DNA from: an uncultured Candidatus Peribacteria bacterium
GTDB taxonomy: Bacteria > Patescibacteriota > Gracilibacteria > UM-FILTER-43-11
Reading direction: 5' to 3'
NCBI GenBank assembly: GCA_964458485.1
Contig: CAYWJA010000003.1
Location: 30,524 to 94,523, forward strand
DNA: 64,000 nt
The notes under the pieces are model-generated. The model had not been told where the DNA came from. It did no database searches and worked only from the letters and a program-made list of their open reading frames with translations. Positions 34,472 through 44,496 of this stretch are shown here, piece after piece. How positions within the stretch are numbered: the first letter of the stretch is position 1; the number at the start of each line of letters is the position of its first letter. The position numbers were made by a program, and so were the translations under genes.

Positions 34472-36736
34472 ATGCTTAAAAAACTATTCCTCCCATTTCT
34501 TGCCACCCTATTATTTATTATCCCTACGCAGGTATCTGCATCTGAGGATTTTAATAATATGAGTCCAACTGTTAAGGTTACGAGCTATAAAAAATTATTT
34601 ATTAATAATGTACAGGGTCATGGCAGTGGTTCCGGTACTGTAATTAGTGCTGATGGGATCGTTGTTACAAACCATCATGTTATTTTTGATGAAGATGATT
34701 TTGAAAATCTGGATGCATTTAAAATTTGTATTACATTTGACACCAAAAAAGAGCCTGTTTGTAAATATACAGCACGCCTAATGGCAAGTGATAAAGATAT
34801 GGACATAGCACTTCTTAAAGTTAACCAAAAAGATGTATTTGGAAACACACTTCCTGCTTTAAAGTATCTGGATTATAAAAATTCTAAAAAACCAACAAAT
34901 CAGGATGCTATAAGTATAGTTGGATACCCTGGCAGCGGCGGTGATACTATAACAATTACCAAGGGGCAAATAAGTGGTTCAGAAAAATACAATAATTATA
35001 ATTATTTTAAAACAGACACTGACTTTGATCATGGCAGTTCCGGCGGTACAGCACTGGATGCATCCGGCAACTTTGTAGGTATTCCTACTTATTTAAGATC
35101 TTATGCAGCAAATGTGGGATATTTTTTAGATATTAGTGAAGCTAAAGGCTGGATTAGTAACAATACATTCAAAACTCCAAAAGAAAATAAAAAAGCTGAA
35201 GAATTTTTAACAAAAAATTTGGCCAGGCTATCTAGGGCAAATACTACTTTTACATATACACAGGATAAATACCCATATGTAAGTGTTGATTTGCCTTCTG
35301 ATTGGGAATTTTTAGCATTAAACGGGGATAGTTTTTATGTATCACAAAAAAATCTTGGCAATCCTGCTTCACTTTCTTTTGCTGCATTTGAGAATCAATT
35401 TCAAATAGATAAGGCCTATATGGATGAAATTAATAAACAGATGGATAAATATAAAAAAAATTATCCTGATTTTAAAAAAGAAGAGGTTATATTTGCAGGA
35501 GCCAAGGGTTGGAAAGCTACCTTTACAAGTTATTCCAATAAAAATGTAACCTATTATATTCCATATGGATATTCGCTTGTAATGATTACTTATTCAATAG
35601 ATTTGAATGAATCGGCAAAGCAGGAAAAAGCAATTGAGCCCGTACTTCAATCATTTAAATTTACAAAATCTGCAGTAAATAATCGGGCACTTCCTGTAAC
35701 AATGACTTTTGATGATCCAAAATTCGGCATATCTTCTGCGGATAAATGGATTTTACAAAAGAATTTTAGTAAGCAATCACCTACATTGCTTGTGGATGGT
35801 TCGGAAAAAAATAATTTTAAAGGTAATTTTAATGTTTATTATGGCAGAATTCCTAAGGATGAAAAAAGCCTGACAAGCAAAGAAAGGCTTGATGACAGAA
35901 CAAAAAACTTATATGGAGATAAATTGGTTTATAAAAATGATAAAGTTGTCTTAAGCGGCCTTGAAGGCTTTGTTTATACTTATGAATATGAAGGAAGTGA
36001 ATATCAGGAGATAAAAAAGAGTTTTAATATGAAACTAAAAAATGGTGATTTTGAATTTACTCTTGTTTATGATGATCTTTCTAAAAACTTTGATAAAAAT
36101 CTGCCTTCTATAAAAAAGATTCTTAATTCTTTCAAATTTCAGGGCAAGACGAATAAGAGTAAAGCTACCTATTCATATGGCAGCCTAAATTATACTTTTA
36201 ACGATATTCAATTTCACACCTATGCACTTTCTATAAGCGAACTTGCAGACAAGGATATTGTAAATGGTTACCCAGATGGAAATTTTTATCCGGAAAAAAA
36301 TGTAACCAGAGCAGAGGCTCTAAAAATGATACTTACCAGCAAAAATCACCTGGAAAAAAAGAATAATTCTACAAAACATGTTGATTTTAATAAGTTCGAG
36401 GAAGTTGTATCTTATTTTTGGGACATAAAGGATGCTGGTAAAGATCTTGCTAAATATATAAACTATGCCACTAGCAAAAAAATAGTTAAGGGGTATTCTA
36501 ATAAAAAATTTAAACCAAATAATCCTGTAACACTTGCTGAAGCACTAAAAATTATTACTAATGTTTATGAGTTATCTATTTGGCAGAAGGAAACTAATCC
36601 ATGGCATAAAAAATATATGGAAAAAGGATTTGAGCTTAATATTATTCCTTATGGAATGTATAATCCAAATAAGAAATTGACTAGGGCTGAGCTTTCTTAC
36701 TTGATTGATACGGTTTATAAGCAGGCTAAATATTAA
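34472..36736 (+). CDS. Secreted trypsin-like (S1) serine protease with three C-terminal SLH domains
   Basis: Signal peptide. Triad context TNHHV / DIALLKV / DHGSSGGT. C-terminal SLH-like repeats (..IVNGYPDGNFYPEKNVTRAEALKMIL.. and ..IVKGYSNKKFKPNNPVTLAEALKII..). Confidence 0.8.
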   Translation: MLKKLFLPFLATLLFIIPTQVSASEDFNNMSPTVKVTSYKKLFINNVQGHGSGSGTVISADGIVVTNHHVIFDEDDFENLDAFKICITFDTKKEPVCKYTARLMASDKDMDIALLKVNQKDVFGNTLPALKYLDYKNSKKPTNQDAISIVGYPGSGGDTITITKGQISGSEKYNNYNYFKTDTDFDHGSSGGTALDASGNFVGIPTYLRSYAANVGYFLDISEAKGWISNNTFKTPKENKKAEEFLTKNLARLSRANTTFTYTQDKYPYVSVDLPSDWEFLALNGDSFYVSQKNLGNPASLSFAAFENQFQIDKAYMDEINKQMDKYKKNYPDFKKEEVIFAGAKGWKATFTSYSNKNVTYYIPYGYSLVMITYSIDLNESAKQEKAIEPVLQSFKFTKSAVNNRALPVTMTFDDPKFGISSADKWILQKNFSKQSPTLLVDGSEKNNFKGNFNVYYGRIPKDEKSLTSKERLDDRTKNLYGDKLVYKNDKVVLSGLEGFVYTYEYEGSEYQEIKKSFNMKLKNGDFEFTLVYDDLSKNFDKNLPSIKKILNSFKFQGKTNKSKATYSYGSLNYTFNDIQFHTYALSISELADKDIVNGYPDGNFYPEKNVTRAEALKMILTSKNHLEKKNNSTKHVDFNKFEEVVSYFWDIKDAGKDLAKYINYATSKKIVKGYSNKKFKPNNPVTLAEALKIITNVYELSIWQKETNPWHKKYMEKGFELNIIPYGMYNPNKKLTRAELSYLIDTVYKQAKY

Positions 36737-36841
36737 CCCATAGGGGATCCATAGGAGATCCATAGGAGATCCAATAGGGGTTGTAACCGAGCTAGCCCCA
36801 ATCGGATCACCAATCGGATCACCAATCGGATCACCAATCGG
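36737..36841. repeat. ATTGGTGATCC-family hairpin
   Basis: CCCATAGGGGATCCATAGGAGATCCATAGGAGATCCAATAGGGG ..loop.. CCCCAATCGGATCACCAATCGGATCACCAATCGGATCACCAATCGG. Confidence 0.9.
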
Positions 36842-36844
36842 AAA

Positions 36845-37747
36845 GTGTACAAACAAATATCTTCCAATAAGCGTAACACCTGGATCCTCCTAATAGTATT
36901 CATAATGTTCTTTTTAGGACTTGGATACTTAATGGGTTTTATTTATACAGAAAATGACCAGGCAGCAATTGGTTATATGGGTGCTTTTGGAATTGGCGCG
37001 ATGATTTATTCGACCATAAGTTATTATGCAGCTGGCAAACTAACACTTGCGATTGCACATGCAAAAGAGATTCAAAAACGGGATAATCCGACTTTATATA
37101 GAACTGTTGAAAATTTATGTATTGCATCCGGTTTGCCTACGCCAAAGATATATTTAATTGATGATACTGCTTTAAATGCTTTTGCGACCGGCAGGGACCC
37201 CAAGCACGCAGCAGTTGCTATAACAAAAGGGCTTTTAAATAAACTAGAAAAAACTGAGCTTGAGGGGGTAATGGCACATGAACTTTCTCATATTAAAAAT
37301 TACGACATCCGTTTACAAAGTTTTACAGTAGCGCTGATTGGATTGATTGCACTTGTTTCCGATATATTTTTGAGATCTATGTTTTATGGAAGGCGCTCAA
37401 ATAATCGAAGTAAGGGGGGTGGAATACTTATAATTATTGGTATTGTACTTGCAATTCTGAGTCCAATTATCGCAAAACTGATGCAACTTGCCATTTCCCG
37501 CGAACGAGAATATTTAGCAGACGCAAGCGGTGCACTTATGACGAGGTATCCGGAGGGACTTATAAAAGCTCTTCAAAAAATTTCTGCAGATCATGAGCCT
37601 TTGGAAGTTGCAAATAAAGCAACTGCACATTTATACATTGAAAATCCCTTAAGGAATGAAAAGGGAATGAAGTGGTTAAATAAATTATTTTCAACACATC
37701 CTCCTATGGAGGAAAGGATTAAAAGATTAAGGCATATGGGGACATAG
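36845..37747 (+). CDS. htpX: Zinc metalloprotease HtpX (M48)
   Basis: HELSHIKNYD HExxH motif, 4 TM segments and C-terminal STHPPMEERI. GTG start abuts a repeat hairpin. Confidence 0.88.
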   Translation: MYKQISSNKRNTWILLIVFIMFFLGLGYLMGFIYTENDQAAIGYMGAFGIGAMIYSTISYYAAGKLTLAIAHAKEIQKRDNPTLYRTVENLCIASGLPTPKIYLIDDTALNAFATGRDPKHAAVAITKGLLNKLEKTELEGVMAHELSHIKNYDIRLQSFTVALIGLIALVSDIFLRSMFYGRRSNNRSKGGGILIIIGIVLAILSPIIAKLMQLAISREREYLADASGALMTRYPEGLIKALQKISADHEPLEVANKATAHLYIENPLRNEKGMKWLNKLFSTHPPMEERIKRLRHMGT

Positions 37748-37812
37748 TAACATACTATTGACTTTTAGTCAAAAATACTGTATTATATATAGATAAATAT
37801 ATAGTGCTTTTT

Positions 37813-38574
37813 ATGCCTAAATCCACCCCCACACCACTGGAGGATCAGCTAGCTGATATAAAAGAAACTCTTGAAAAAGAGAAGGTAAAACTTACTCCGG
37901 AAGTTGAGAAATATATCAGAAATCATCTGCGAGTTGTACAGGATAAAATTGCAGATAAAAAGGATATTACTGAGGGGGATTTGGCTTTTATTGGGAAGGT
38001 GAAGATATGGATATTGTTGCCAAAAAATATAAGGGATAAATATGATAGCATTGAAAAAATGGAAGGACCTGATGTAGTTAAAAATGCACAAGAACGAGGA
38101 CTCTCATTGCAACAATGGTTGGGTCTTTTGCATGTGGCAGAAGCTGACGACAAAGGGGAAGATTGGATTGATGAAACTTTTACTTTTTCAGGAGGAAAAA
38201 TAATATGTGAAGAATATTTGAATCTCACAAACTGTACTTCACTCACATCTCTCCCTGAAGGGCTGAATGTGGGAAAAGATTTGTATCTAAGAAACTGCAC
38301 TTCTCTCACATCCCTCCCAGAAGGGCTGACTGTGAAAGGAAATTTGGGTCTCACAAACTGTACTTCCCTCACATATCTCCCCGAAGGGCTGAATGTGGGA
38401 GAACATTTGCATCTCGACGACTGCACCCCCCTTACATTCTTGCCTGAAGATATGAAAGTGGGTAGAAATTTGTGTTTATCTGGCAATATTAATGAGTATG
38501 TAGAAGATGACGCTGACAAATTAAGGAGTGAGGGGAAAATTAGAGGAATTCAATATACCTATTATAATTGTTGA
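37813..38574 (+). CDS. Leucine-rich-repeat protein (four 21-aa CxxLxxLPEGL repeats)
   Basis: NCTSLTSLPEGLNVGKDLYLR appears x4, encoded by four 63-bp near-identical tandem units at 38230-38481. Start taken at ATG 37813. Confidence 0.7.
   Translation: MPKSTPTPLEDQLADIKETLEKEKVKLTPEVEKYIRNHLRVVQDKIADKKDITEGDLAFIGKVKIWILLPKNIRDKYDSIEKMEGPDVVKNAQERGLSLQQWLGLLHVAEADDKGEDWIDETFTFSGGKIICEEYLNLTNCTSLTSLPEGLNVGKDLYLRNCTSLTSLPEGLTVKGNLGLTNCTSLTYLPEGLNVGEHLHLDDCTPLTFLPEDMKVGRNLCLSGNINEYVEDDADKLRSEGKIRGIQYTYYNC
38230..38481 (+). repeat. Four 63-bp tandem repeats encoding the LRR units
   Basis: AACTG(T/C)ACTTC(A/T/C)CTCACAT(C/A)(T/C)CTCCC(T/A/C)GAAGGGCTGA.. is repeated. The fourth unit is more divergent. 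Confidence 0.85.
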
Positions 38575-38769
38575 TCGCAGAATGAAACCAAAAGTAAAGC
38601 AGGATGCTGAAAGGCTAATGAAAAATCAACAAATATATGAAATTAGATATTGGTGATAATTAAATACTTTTTTATTGCTGAAGCTTTTTGCAATATTTTT
38701 CTGCATTTTTAAATTTATTTTACAAAATATAAAAAAACTGTATAATATACTACATTAAACATTTTTAAA

Positions 38770-39030
38770 ATGACTAATAAAGAAATCGTACGTTTCGACA
38801 ACGATCATAAAGATCCAGAAATTCCTGGCGTAAGCCATGTTGCAATTCAAAAAGGAACAAGAAGTAAAATAATATTAATGGCTTTTCAGGAAGGTCAAAG
38901 AATTCCACCTTCTATTACCGAAGATCCGAACACAAAAGTTTTGGATTTAAAGTCTGCAAGAAAAAAATACAATTTTCAGCCATTTGCAGAGGGAGCGGAG
39001 ATAAAGCTTCATTCGCCATCGTATAATTAA
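38770..39030 (+). CDS. Hypothetical protein (86 aa)
   Basis: ORF only. Confidence 0.35.
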   Translation: MTNKEIVRFDNDHKDPEIPGVSHVAIQKGTRSKIILMAFQEGQRIPPSITEDPNTKVLDLKSARKKYNFQPFAEGAEIKLHSPSYN

Positions 39031-39092
39031 AAAATACAAAATACCAGACTGTAATGTGTCGGCCATAGCGTAGATAGGCTGTTATTAGATAT

Positions 39093-39187
39093 TTTTATTG
39101 TTGTCGGTTGCGGTTGTTGTTGTGTATATTGTAGGGGACGCAGATCTGCGTCCAATACCGTATATATATACAACACAACAATAAAAA
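39093..39187. repeat. Hairpin with GTTGTTGT/ACAACAAC arms around the GGACGCAGATCTGCGTCC core
   Basis: TTATTGTTGTCGGTTGCGGTTGTTGTTGTGTATATTGTAGGGGACGCAGATCTGCGTCCAATACCGTATATATATACAACACAACAATAA. Confidence 0.85.
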
Positions 39188-39188
39188 T

Positions 39189-39995
39189 ATGAACGGACAA
39201 TTAATAAAATTAAAAATCCTCCAAATAGCAGTTGATGCAATTTTAATACTCAGTGCATTTGCATTAGCTTATTTTTTGCGAATCGGATTTTATTTTTCAT
39301 CGGACTTTCCATTTGATAAATACGCGGAAATAGCCTTAATCACAACGCCGATTACATTGCTTTTTATGTTTTTTGCACGTGCATATAAATTAACTCAACA
39401 AATAAAAAGCTTTAGGCATATACAGCGCATTGCCTTTGTAGCCATAGAGAATGTGGCTGTATTTATGGTTCTTTATTATTTTGCATATAAAAATTTCTTT
39501 TCCAGATTAATTTTAGTTTATATATTCCTTCTGACATTCGTATTTGTTTACTTTTGGCATAGGATATTTAAATGGATTATGCAAGAAAGTGCACAAAGAG
39601 AGGTTGGAATATATAGAACACTTGTTGTTGGAGCAAATAGGCCTGCGGAAGAGATTGTTAAACATCTTTTAAAAAATAAATCCCACATCAAACCTGTTGC
39701 GATAATCGATGCGTTCGGCAGTGGCAAATCCCACATTCATGGAATACCGGTTGTTGGCAAAATGAATATGTTTGAAAAAGCAATTGCAGAGCATGAGATT
39801 GATCATATTTTACAAACTGACCATTTGGAGCAAACTTTAAATATTATAAATTACGCATTAAATAACAATATTAAATACATCATGCCGCCGGAACTCCTTG
39901 GAGTATTTCAAGGTCATCATCATGTTGAAGAAATTGACGGACAACCCTTTTTGAAGATACATAGGAATAAGAGGTGGTGGGATCATATTTGGTAG
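39189..39995 (+). CDS. N-terminal (TM + CoA-binding-like) part of a WbaP/EpsB-type polyprenyl glycosylphosphotransferase, with no catalytic domain
   Basis: About 4 TM helices, then LVVGANRPAEEIVKHLLKNKSHIKPVAIIDAFG..IHGIPVVG..IDHIL. The ORF stops where the Bac_transf catalytic domain normally begins. Confidence 0.5.
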   Translation: MNGQLIKLKILQIAVDAILILSAFALAYFLRIGFYFSSDFPFDKYAEIALITTPITLLFMFFARAYKLTQQIKSFRHIQRIAFVAIENVAVFMVLYYFAYKNFFSRLILVYIFLLTFVFVYFWHRIFKWIMQESAQREVGIYRTLVVGANRPAEEIVKHLLKNKSHIKPVAIIDAFGSGKSHIHGIPVVGKMNMFEKAIAEHEIDHILQTDHLEQTLNIINYALNNNIKYIMPPELLGVFQGHHHVEEIDGQPFLKIHRNKRWWDHIW

Positions 39996-40080
39996 TTTTT
40001 AGTTTATAGTTTATAGTTTTTATTTGCTGATCTGATTAGCTATATTAAATAAAAATTAAAAATTAAAAATTAAAAACTAG
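39994..40080. repeat. AT-rich tandem-repeat-armed hairpin
   Basis: AGTTTTTAGTTTATAGTTTATAGTTTTTATTT ... AAATAAAAATTAAAAATTAAAAATTAAAAACT. Confidence 0.65.
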
Positions 40081-40083
40081 TTT

Positions 40084-41031
40084 ATGAAATGTATTATTCT
40101 GGCAGGCGGCTTTGCCACCAGACTCTGGCCACTTACAGAAAATAAGGCAAAACCATTATTACACCTGAAGGACAGGCCGTTAATTTCGCATATTGTGGAT
40201 GGTTTGCCGGAAGATATGGAAGTTATTGTTTCTACAAATGCGGTTTTTGCGGATGAATTTAATAAGTGGGCTAAAAACTTCCCAGATAGAAAAATTAAAA
40301 TATTTATAGAAGATTCGACTGGTGAAAAAACAAAAAAGGGTGCACTTGGTGCAACATCACTTGTTATCCAAAGGGAGAAAATCGAGGAGGATCTGATGCT
40401 CATTGCTGGTGATAACTATTTTGGATTCCAAATGAATGATTTTATTGATTTCTACAAAAATAATCCGATTTTGGCAGCCTATGACATACAAAATTTAGAT
40501 GAAGCCCGAAAATTTGGGGTTGTTGTAGAAAAAGATGGTCAGGTTGTCGAATTTCAGGAAAAACCACAAGAGCCTAAAAGTACTTTAGTAAGTACCGGGT
40601 GTTATATCTTCCCACAAAAAAACCTTAATGACATAATTGAGTACGCCAAACATAAAAATGATGACCTTGGAGGTATTTTTGAATATTTAAAACAAAAAGA
40701 TCAGACAATCGATGTATTTTCTTTCAAAGAAAAATGGTTTGATGTGGGCTCTTTTGATGGCTACCTAAAGGCAAATCATGATTTATTGAACGATCAAATT
40801 ATCGAAAACGGACATGTCGAAAAAAACGACAATAATAAACTCATTGGCGGTGTTTATCTTGGTGATGAGGTTATCATTGATGACTCTACGATTGAAAACT
40901 CTGTAATTTTAAATGATTGTAAAATCAAAAACTGCGTTATCCGGAATTGCATTATTGACGAAAAATGCGATCTAAAAAATATAGATCTAAGTCATAAGAT
41001 GATTAGGCAGGGAAGTGTGATTGAGAAATAA
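40084..41031 (+). CDS. Sugar-1-phosphate nucleotidyltransferase with C-terminal left-handed beta-helix
   Basis: MKCIILAGGFATRLWPLT signature. Hexapeptide-like C-terminus (IENSVILNDCKIKNCVIRNCIIDEKCDL). Confidence 0.8.
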   Translation: MKCIILAGGFATRLWPLTENKAKPLLHLKDRPLISHIVDGLPEDMEVIVSTNAVFADEFNKWAKNFPDRKIKIFIEDSTGEKTKKGALGATSLVIQREKIEEDLMLIAGDNYFGFQMNDFIDFYKNNPILAAYDIQNLDEARKFGVVVEKDGQVVEFQEKPQEPKSTLVSTGCYIFPQKNLNDIIEYAKHKNDDLGGIFEYLKQKDQTIDVFSFKEKWFDVGSFDGYLKANHDLLNDQIIENGHVEKNDNNKLIGGVYLGDEVIIDDSTIENSVILNDCKIKNCVIRNCIIDEKCDLKNIDLSHKMIRQGSVIEK

Positions 41032-41050
41032 TTTTTCATTCTAAAATACT

Positions 41051-41242
41051 GTTTTGTCATCCTGAACTTGGTTCAGGATCCATAATAATGGAGTTATGGT
41101 TGTATTACTATAATACTTATAATCTTATTCTCCGATATGCGATTAATAGTTTTGTATATACCGAAAAACCGATAATAAGTAAATCAGTTATAATATAATA
41201 CATCAATCACATGGATCCCGCATCAAGTGCGGGATGACAAAC
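41051..41242. mobile_element. MITE-like element, copy e (192 bp)
   Basis: GTTTTGTCATCCTGAACTTGGTTCAGGATCC ... GGATCCCGCATCAAGTGCGGGATGACAAAC. Core aligns with copy a. Confidence 0.8.
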
Positions 41243-41318
41243 GGATTATTATCCTCTTATCTCTCAAACATTCAATTGCACTTATCCCCTCTTTGGGGTA
41301 AACTATTTCAGCCTGATT

Positions 41319-41436
41319 CCAATTGGAGGTCCTATAGAGGACCCAATAGAGGACCCAATAGAGGACCCAATAATTGATAATTAATTAAATGTTCAATTGG
41401 GTCACCAATCGGGTCACCAATCGGGTCACCAATTGG
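41319..41436. repeat. Tandem-repeat-armed hairpin (AATAGAGGACCC x3 / GGGTCACCAATC x3)
   Basis: CCAATTGGAGGTCCTATAGAGGACCCAATAGAGGACCCAATAGAGGACCCAATAATTG...CAATTGGGTCACCAATCGGGTCACCAATCGGGTCACCAATTGG. Confidence 0.85.
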
Positions 41437-41468
41437 ATATTTCAATTATATAAAATTAAATAAGAAGT

Positions 41469-43829
41469 ATGTTTAGTAAAATTTCAAAAAGTCTGGTTTT
41501 AATAATCATCGCCAGCATATTCATGGGGGCTATTTCCCTCCCTGGTTCTGTTAAATCTAAATTACCAAACCACAAAGCATTTAATTGGCTAAAAAACCCC
41601 AAGGTTACACTCGGTTTGGATCTGCAAGGTGGTACGCAATTGGACTATAGAATTGATCTTAGGAATGCAGAAGCTAAAAATAAAGATGATGACAAAAGTA
41701 ATGATGTGCGAATTAAAGATATTGTGGAGGGTGTGCGCGCAACCATTGAAAGACGTGTAAACGGTCTTGGTGTTTCTGAGCCGCAAATTTATTTGTCTAA
41801 TATTGCTGATGAACAGCATATTATTGTGGAGTTAGCAGGAATAAAGGATGTTAATAAGGCTAAGTCTATTGTTGGCAAAACAATCCAGTTAGAATTCAAA
41901 GAAAAAAAGACTGAAATGGATGCAGGCGAAAAAGATAAGGTAAAAAAAGAAGCGGAAGCCACTTTAAAAAAGGTACTTGCCAAAAATGCTGATTTTACGA
42001 AAATCGGAAAAAGCACTGCAACTTCTGATAAAAAAATCCAGTTCTTTGTCAATAAAACGAAGTATGAATCCGATATCCCATCTCATTACAAAGATGTACT
42101 TTCTAAATTAAAAGAAGATCAGATTCATAAAAAAATAGTGGAGGGTAGTGATGGTTATATGGTTGGGGCCAATAATCAACTCCAAAAGAAGGTGGGGATG
42201 TTTATTGTTCAGCTTGTTAAAGCTGAAGTAAAAGACCGCACACAAAAAAAGAAACCTACATTTAGTGAAATTGCAAAGGAATTAAATACTAAACTTGAAA
42301 CATTAAATGACAAACCTGCATCAGCATTTACAGACGGTGAGGCTGAGGCTGTTTGGAAAATGACTGAAACCGGTGCAGATAACAAGACAAAGCCTCTTGA
42401 GGTTAAAGATGAACTAAGGGTATATAAACTTATAAAACATAATAAGGGTGAGAAAGAGATAAAGGCAAGCCATATCCTTATTGCATACAAAGGTGCACAG
42501 AGGGCTGATGCTAAAGTTACACGTACTAAAGCTGAAGCTGACAAAAAGGTCAAAGAAGTATATATACAGGCAAATAAAGATCCTAGTAAGTTTGCAGAAC
42601 TTGCTAAAAAACATTCTGACGGTCCATCTGCCAGCAAAGGTGGTGATTTAGGATTCTTTGGCAAAGGAAAAATGACTAAGGCGTTTGAAAATGCTGCATT
42701 TGCAAGAAAAAAAGGTGAAATTGCTCAAATAACTGAAACTGAATTTGGATATCACATTATTAAAGTTACCGATACAAAACCTCCAAAAGATGAAACTGTG
42801 AATTTAGAACTTCTTAAACTTAAAAAGTCTGATGAAAATAAGAAAAAATTAGAAGCAGGTTTAAAAAAGATTAAAGAAGGTTATGACGTTACTACCAAGG
42901 AAAAGGAATATAAATATAATGAAATTTATTTCGATATGACACCGGATCCATGGAAATCAACAGGACTTGATGGATCTCATTTTAAGTTTGCATCTGTAAC
43001 TTATAATCAAATCGGATCCCCGGAGGTTAGTATTAGATTTGATAGCAAAGGTGGAGACATGTTTGAAAAAATAACAGGCCGTTTGGTTGGTCAGCCTTTG
43101 GCTATTTTTGTAGGAGGGCAACTTATTTCTGCTCCAAATGTTAATGGTAAAATTTCTGGTGGAAGTGCTGTAATTACGGGTAATTATAATATTAAAGAAG
43201 CTATGCAGCTAGCAAACGACTTAAATACCGGTGCCATAGATGCCCCTGTAATACTTTCCGGTCAATATACTATTAGTGCCACACTTGGAGAAAGCGCATT
43301 ACGCGTTTCTTTAATCGCCGGCTTGCTCGGTTTAATTGTTTTGGCACTATATATGATTGTTTATTATCGTATTTTTGGACTATTTGCAGTTTTTGCGCTA
43401 CTAATTTATTCAATCATTATTATGTTCATTTTAAATACAACAGGTATTGTAATGACGCTCGCTGGTATTGCAGGAATTATCCTTTCTATAGGTATGGCGG
43501 TTGATGCAAATATTCTGATTTTTGAAAGAACGAAGGAAGAATTAAATACCGGAAAAAACTTCTCAGCTTCTATCACAGCTGGTTTTGAAAGGGCATGGTC
43601 TTCTATTCGAGATTCTAATGTTTCTTCTTTAATTACATGCGCGATTTTATGGTTTTTTGGCAATTCGATTATCCGCGGATTTGCTTTGATGCTTGCTATT
43701 GGTATTTTGATTTCAATGTTTACAGCAATTACCATTACCCGCAAATTCCTTCAATCCCTAACCGGTACTTCGCTTTCTAAAAAACGCTGGCTTTTGGGGG
43801 TTAAGAAGGTTGAGACAATAAATCGATAG
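41469..43829 (+). CDS. secD: Protein translocase subunit SecD carrying a ~335-aa PrsA/SurA-like insertion with a parvulin PPIase domain
   Basis: SecD hallmarks [45 protein letters not shown] and the C-terminal TM bundle ..[20 protein letters not shown]. Residues ~331-435 are parvulin-like ([38 protein letters not shown]). No secF follows. Confidence 0.85.
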   Translation: MFSKISKSLVLIIIASIFMGAISLPGSVKSKLPNHKAFNWLKNPKVTLGLDLQGGTQLDYRIDLRNAEAKNKDDDKSNDVRIKDIVEGVRATIERRVNGLGVSEPQIYLSNIADEQHIIVELAGIKDVNKAKSIVGKTIQLEFKEKKTEMDAGEKDKVKKEAEATLKKVLAKNADFTKIGKSTATSDKKIQFFVNKTKYESDIPSHYKDVLSKLKEDQIHKKIVEGSDGYMVGANNQLQKKVGMFIVQLVKAEVKDRTQKKKPTFSEIAKELNTKLETLNDKPASAFTDGEAEAVWKMTETGADNKTKPLEVKDELRVYKLIKHNKGEKEIKASHILIAYKGAQRADAKVTRTKAEADKKVKEVYIQANKDPSKFAELAKKHSDGPSASKGGDLGFFGKGKMTKAFENAAFARKKGEIAQITETEFGYHIIKVTDTKPPKDETVNLELLKLKKSDENKKKLEAGLKKIKEGYDVTTKEKEYKYNEIYFDMTPDPWKSTGLDGSHFKFASVTYNQIGSPEVSIRFDSKGGDMFEKITGRLVGQPLAIFVGGQLISAPNVNGKISGGSAVITGNYNIKEAMQLANDLNTGAIDAPVILSGQYTISATLGESALRVSLIAGLLGLIVLALYMIVYYRIFGLFAVFALLIYSIIIMFILNTTGIVMTLAGIAGIILSIGMAVDANILIFERTKEELNTGKNFSASITAGFERAWSSIRDSNVSSLITCAILWFFGNSIIRGFALMLAIGILISMFTAITITRKFLQSLTGTSLSKKRWLLGVKKVETINR

Positions 43830-43839
43830 TGGATCGAAT

Positions 43840-43963
43840 AGTAGGGCGAATTGTTGGGCGAATTGTTGGGCGAATTGTGGATTGCTATCCAGTATAAATA
43901 CCACAACCCGCCCCACAACTTGCCCTACAAAGCAAAGCGTCGCCCCACAACCTGCCCTACAAC
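43840..43963. repeat. Tandem-repeat-armed hairpin (GGGCGAATTGTT x3 / CCCCACAAC..GCCCTACAA) abutting the rnhA ATG
   Basis: Read directly. Arms pair imperfectly. Confidence 0.75.
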
Positions 43964-44491
43964 ATGAATTTAGATAAATCTCTACAACAAAAGTTAGACA
44001 AGCATATCCCCAAAAAGGACCAAAATTCCTTTGTAGAAAAAGCTGTTAAGAAAGAATTGGATCAGCATGTGGCAAAAACAACTAATGTAATTGATCTATT
44101 TGTAGATGGCGGATCTCGAGGGAATCCTGGTATCGCAGGTGGTGGCTTTGCAGTATTTAGAGGTGTAGAAAATGTTTTGGAAGGCTCTGAATTTTATGGC
44201 ACAAAAACAAATAATCAAGCGGAGTATTTGGCATTGCGGACAGCACTGCGAGAAACTTATGAACGCTTTCCGGATGCCAATATTCATTGTTTTATGGATA
44301 GTCAACTTGTAGTTGAGCAGATGAAGGGCAATTATAAGGTTAAGAGTGCAAATGTACGGCCATTGTACGATGAAGTAAGCCGGATCGCGGAGCAGTTTAC
44401 ATCTTTTACCATTGAACATATAGAACGGGAGCAGAATGGATTGGCGGATAGGTTGGCAAATGAGGCGATGGATACTTCCAAAAACCTTTAA
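43964..44491 (+). CDS. rnhA: Ribonuclease HI
   Basis: DGGSRGNPG, NNQAEYLAL, DSQLVVEQ and NGLADRLAN. About 45-aa N-terminal extension. Confidence 0.85.
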   Translation: MNLDKSLQQKLDKHIPKKDQNSFVEKAVKKELDQHVAKTTNVIDLFVDGGSRGNPGIAGGGFAVFRGVENVLEGSEFYGTKTNNQAEYLALRTALRETYERFPDANIHCFMDSQLVVEQMKGNYKVKSANVRPLYDEVSRIAEQFTSFTIEHIEREQNGLADRLANEAMDTSKNL

Positions 44492-44496
44492 CAAAT

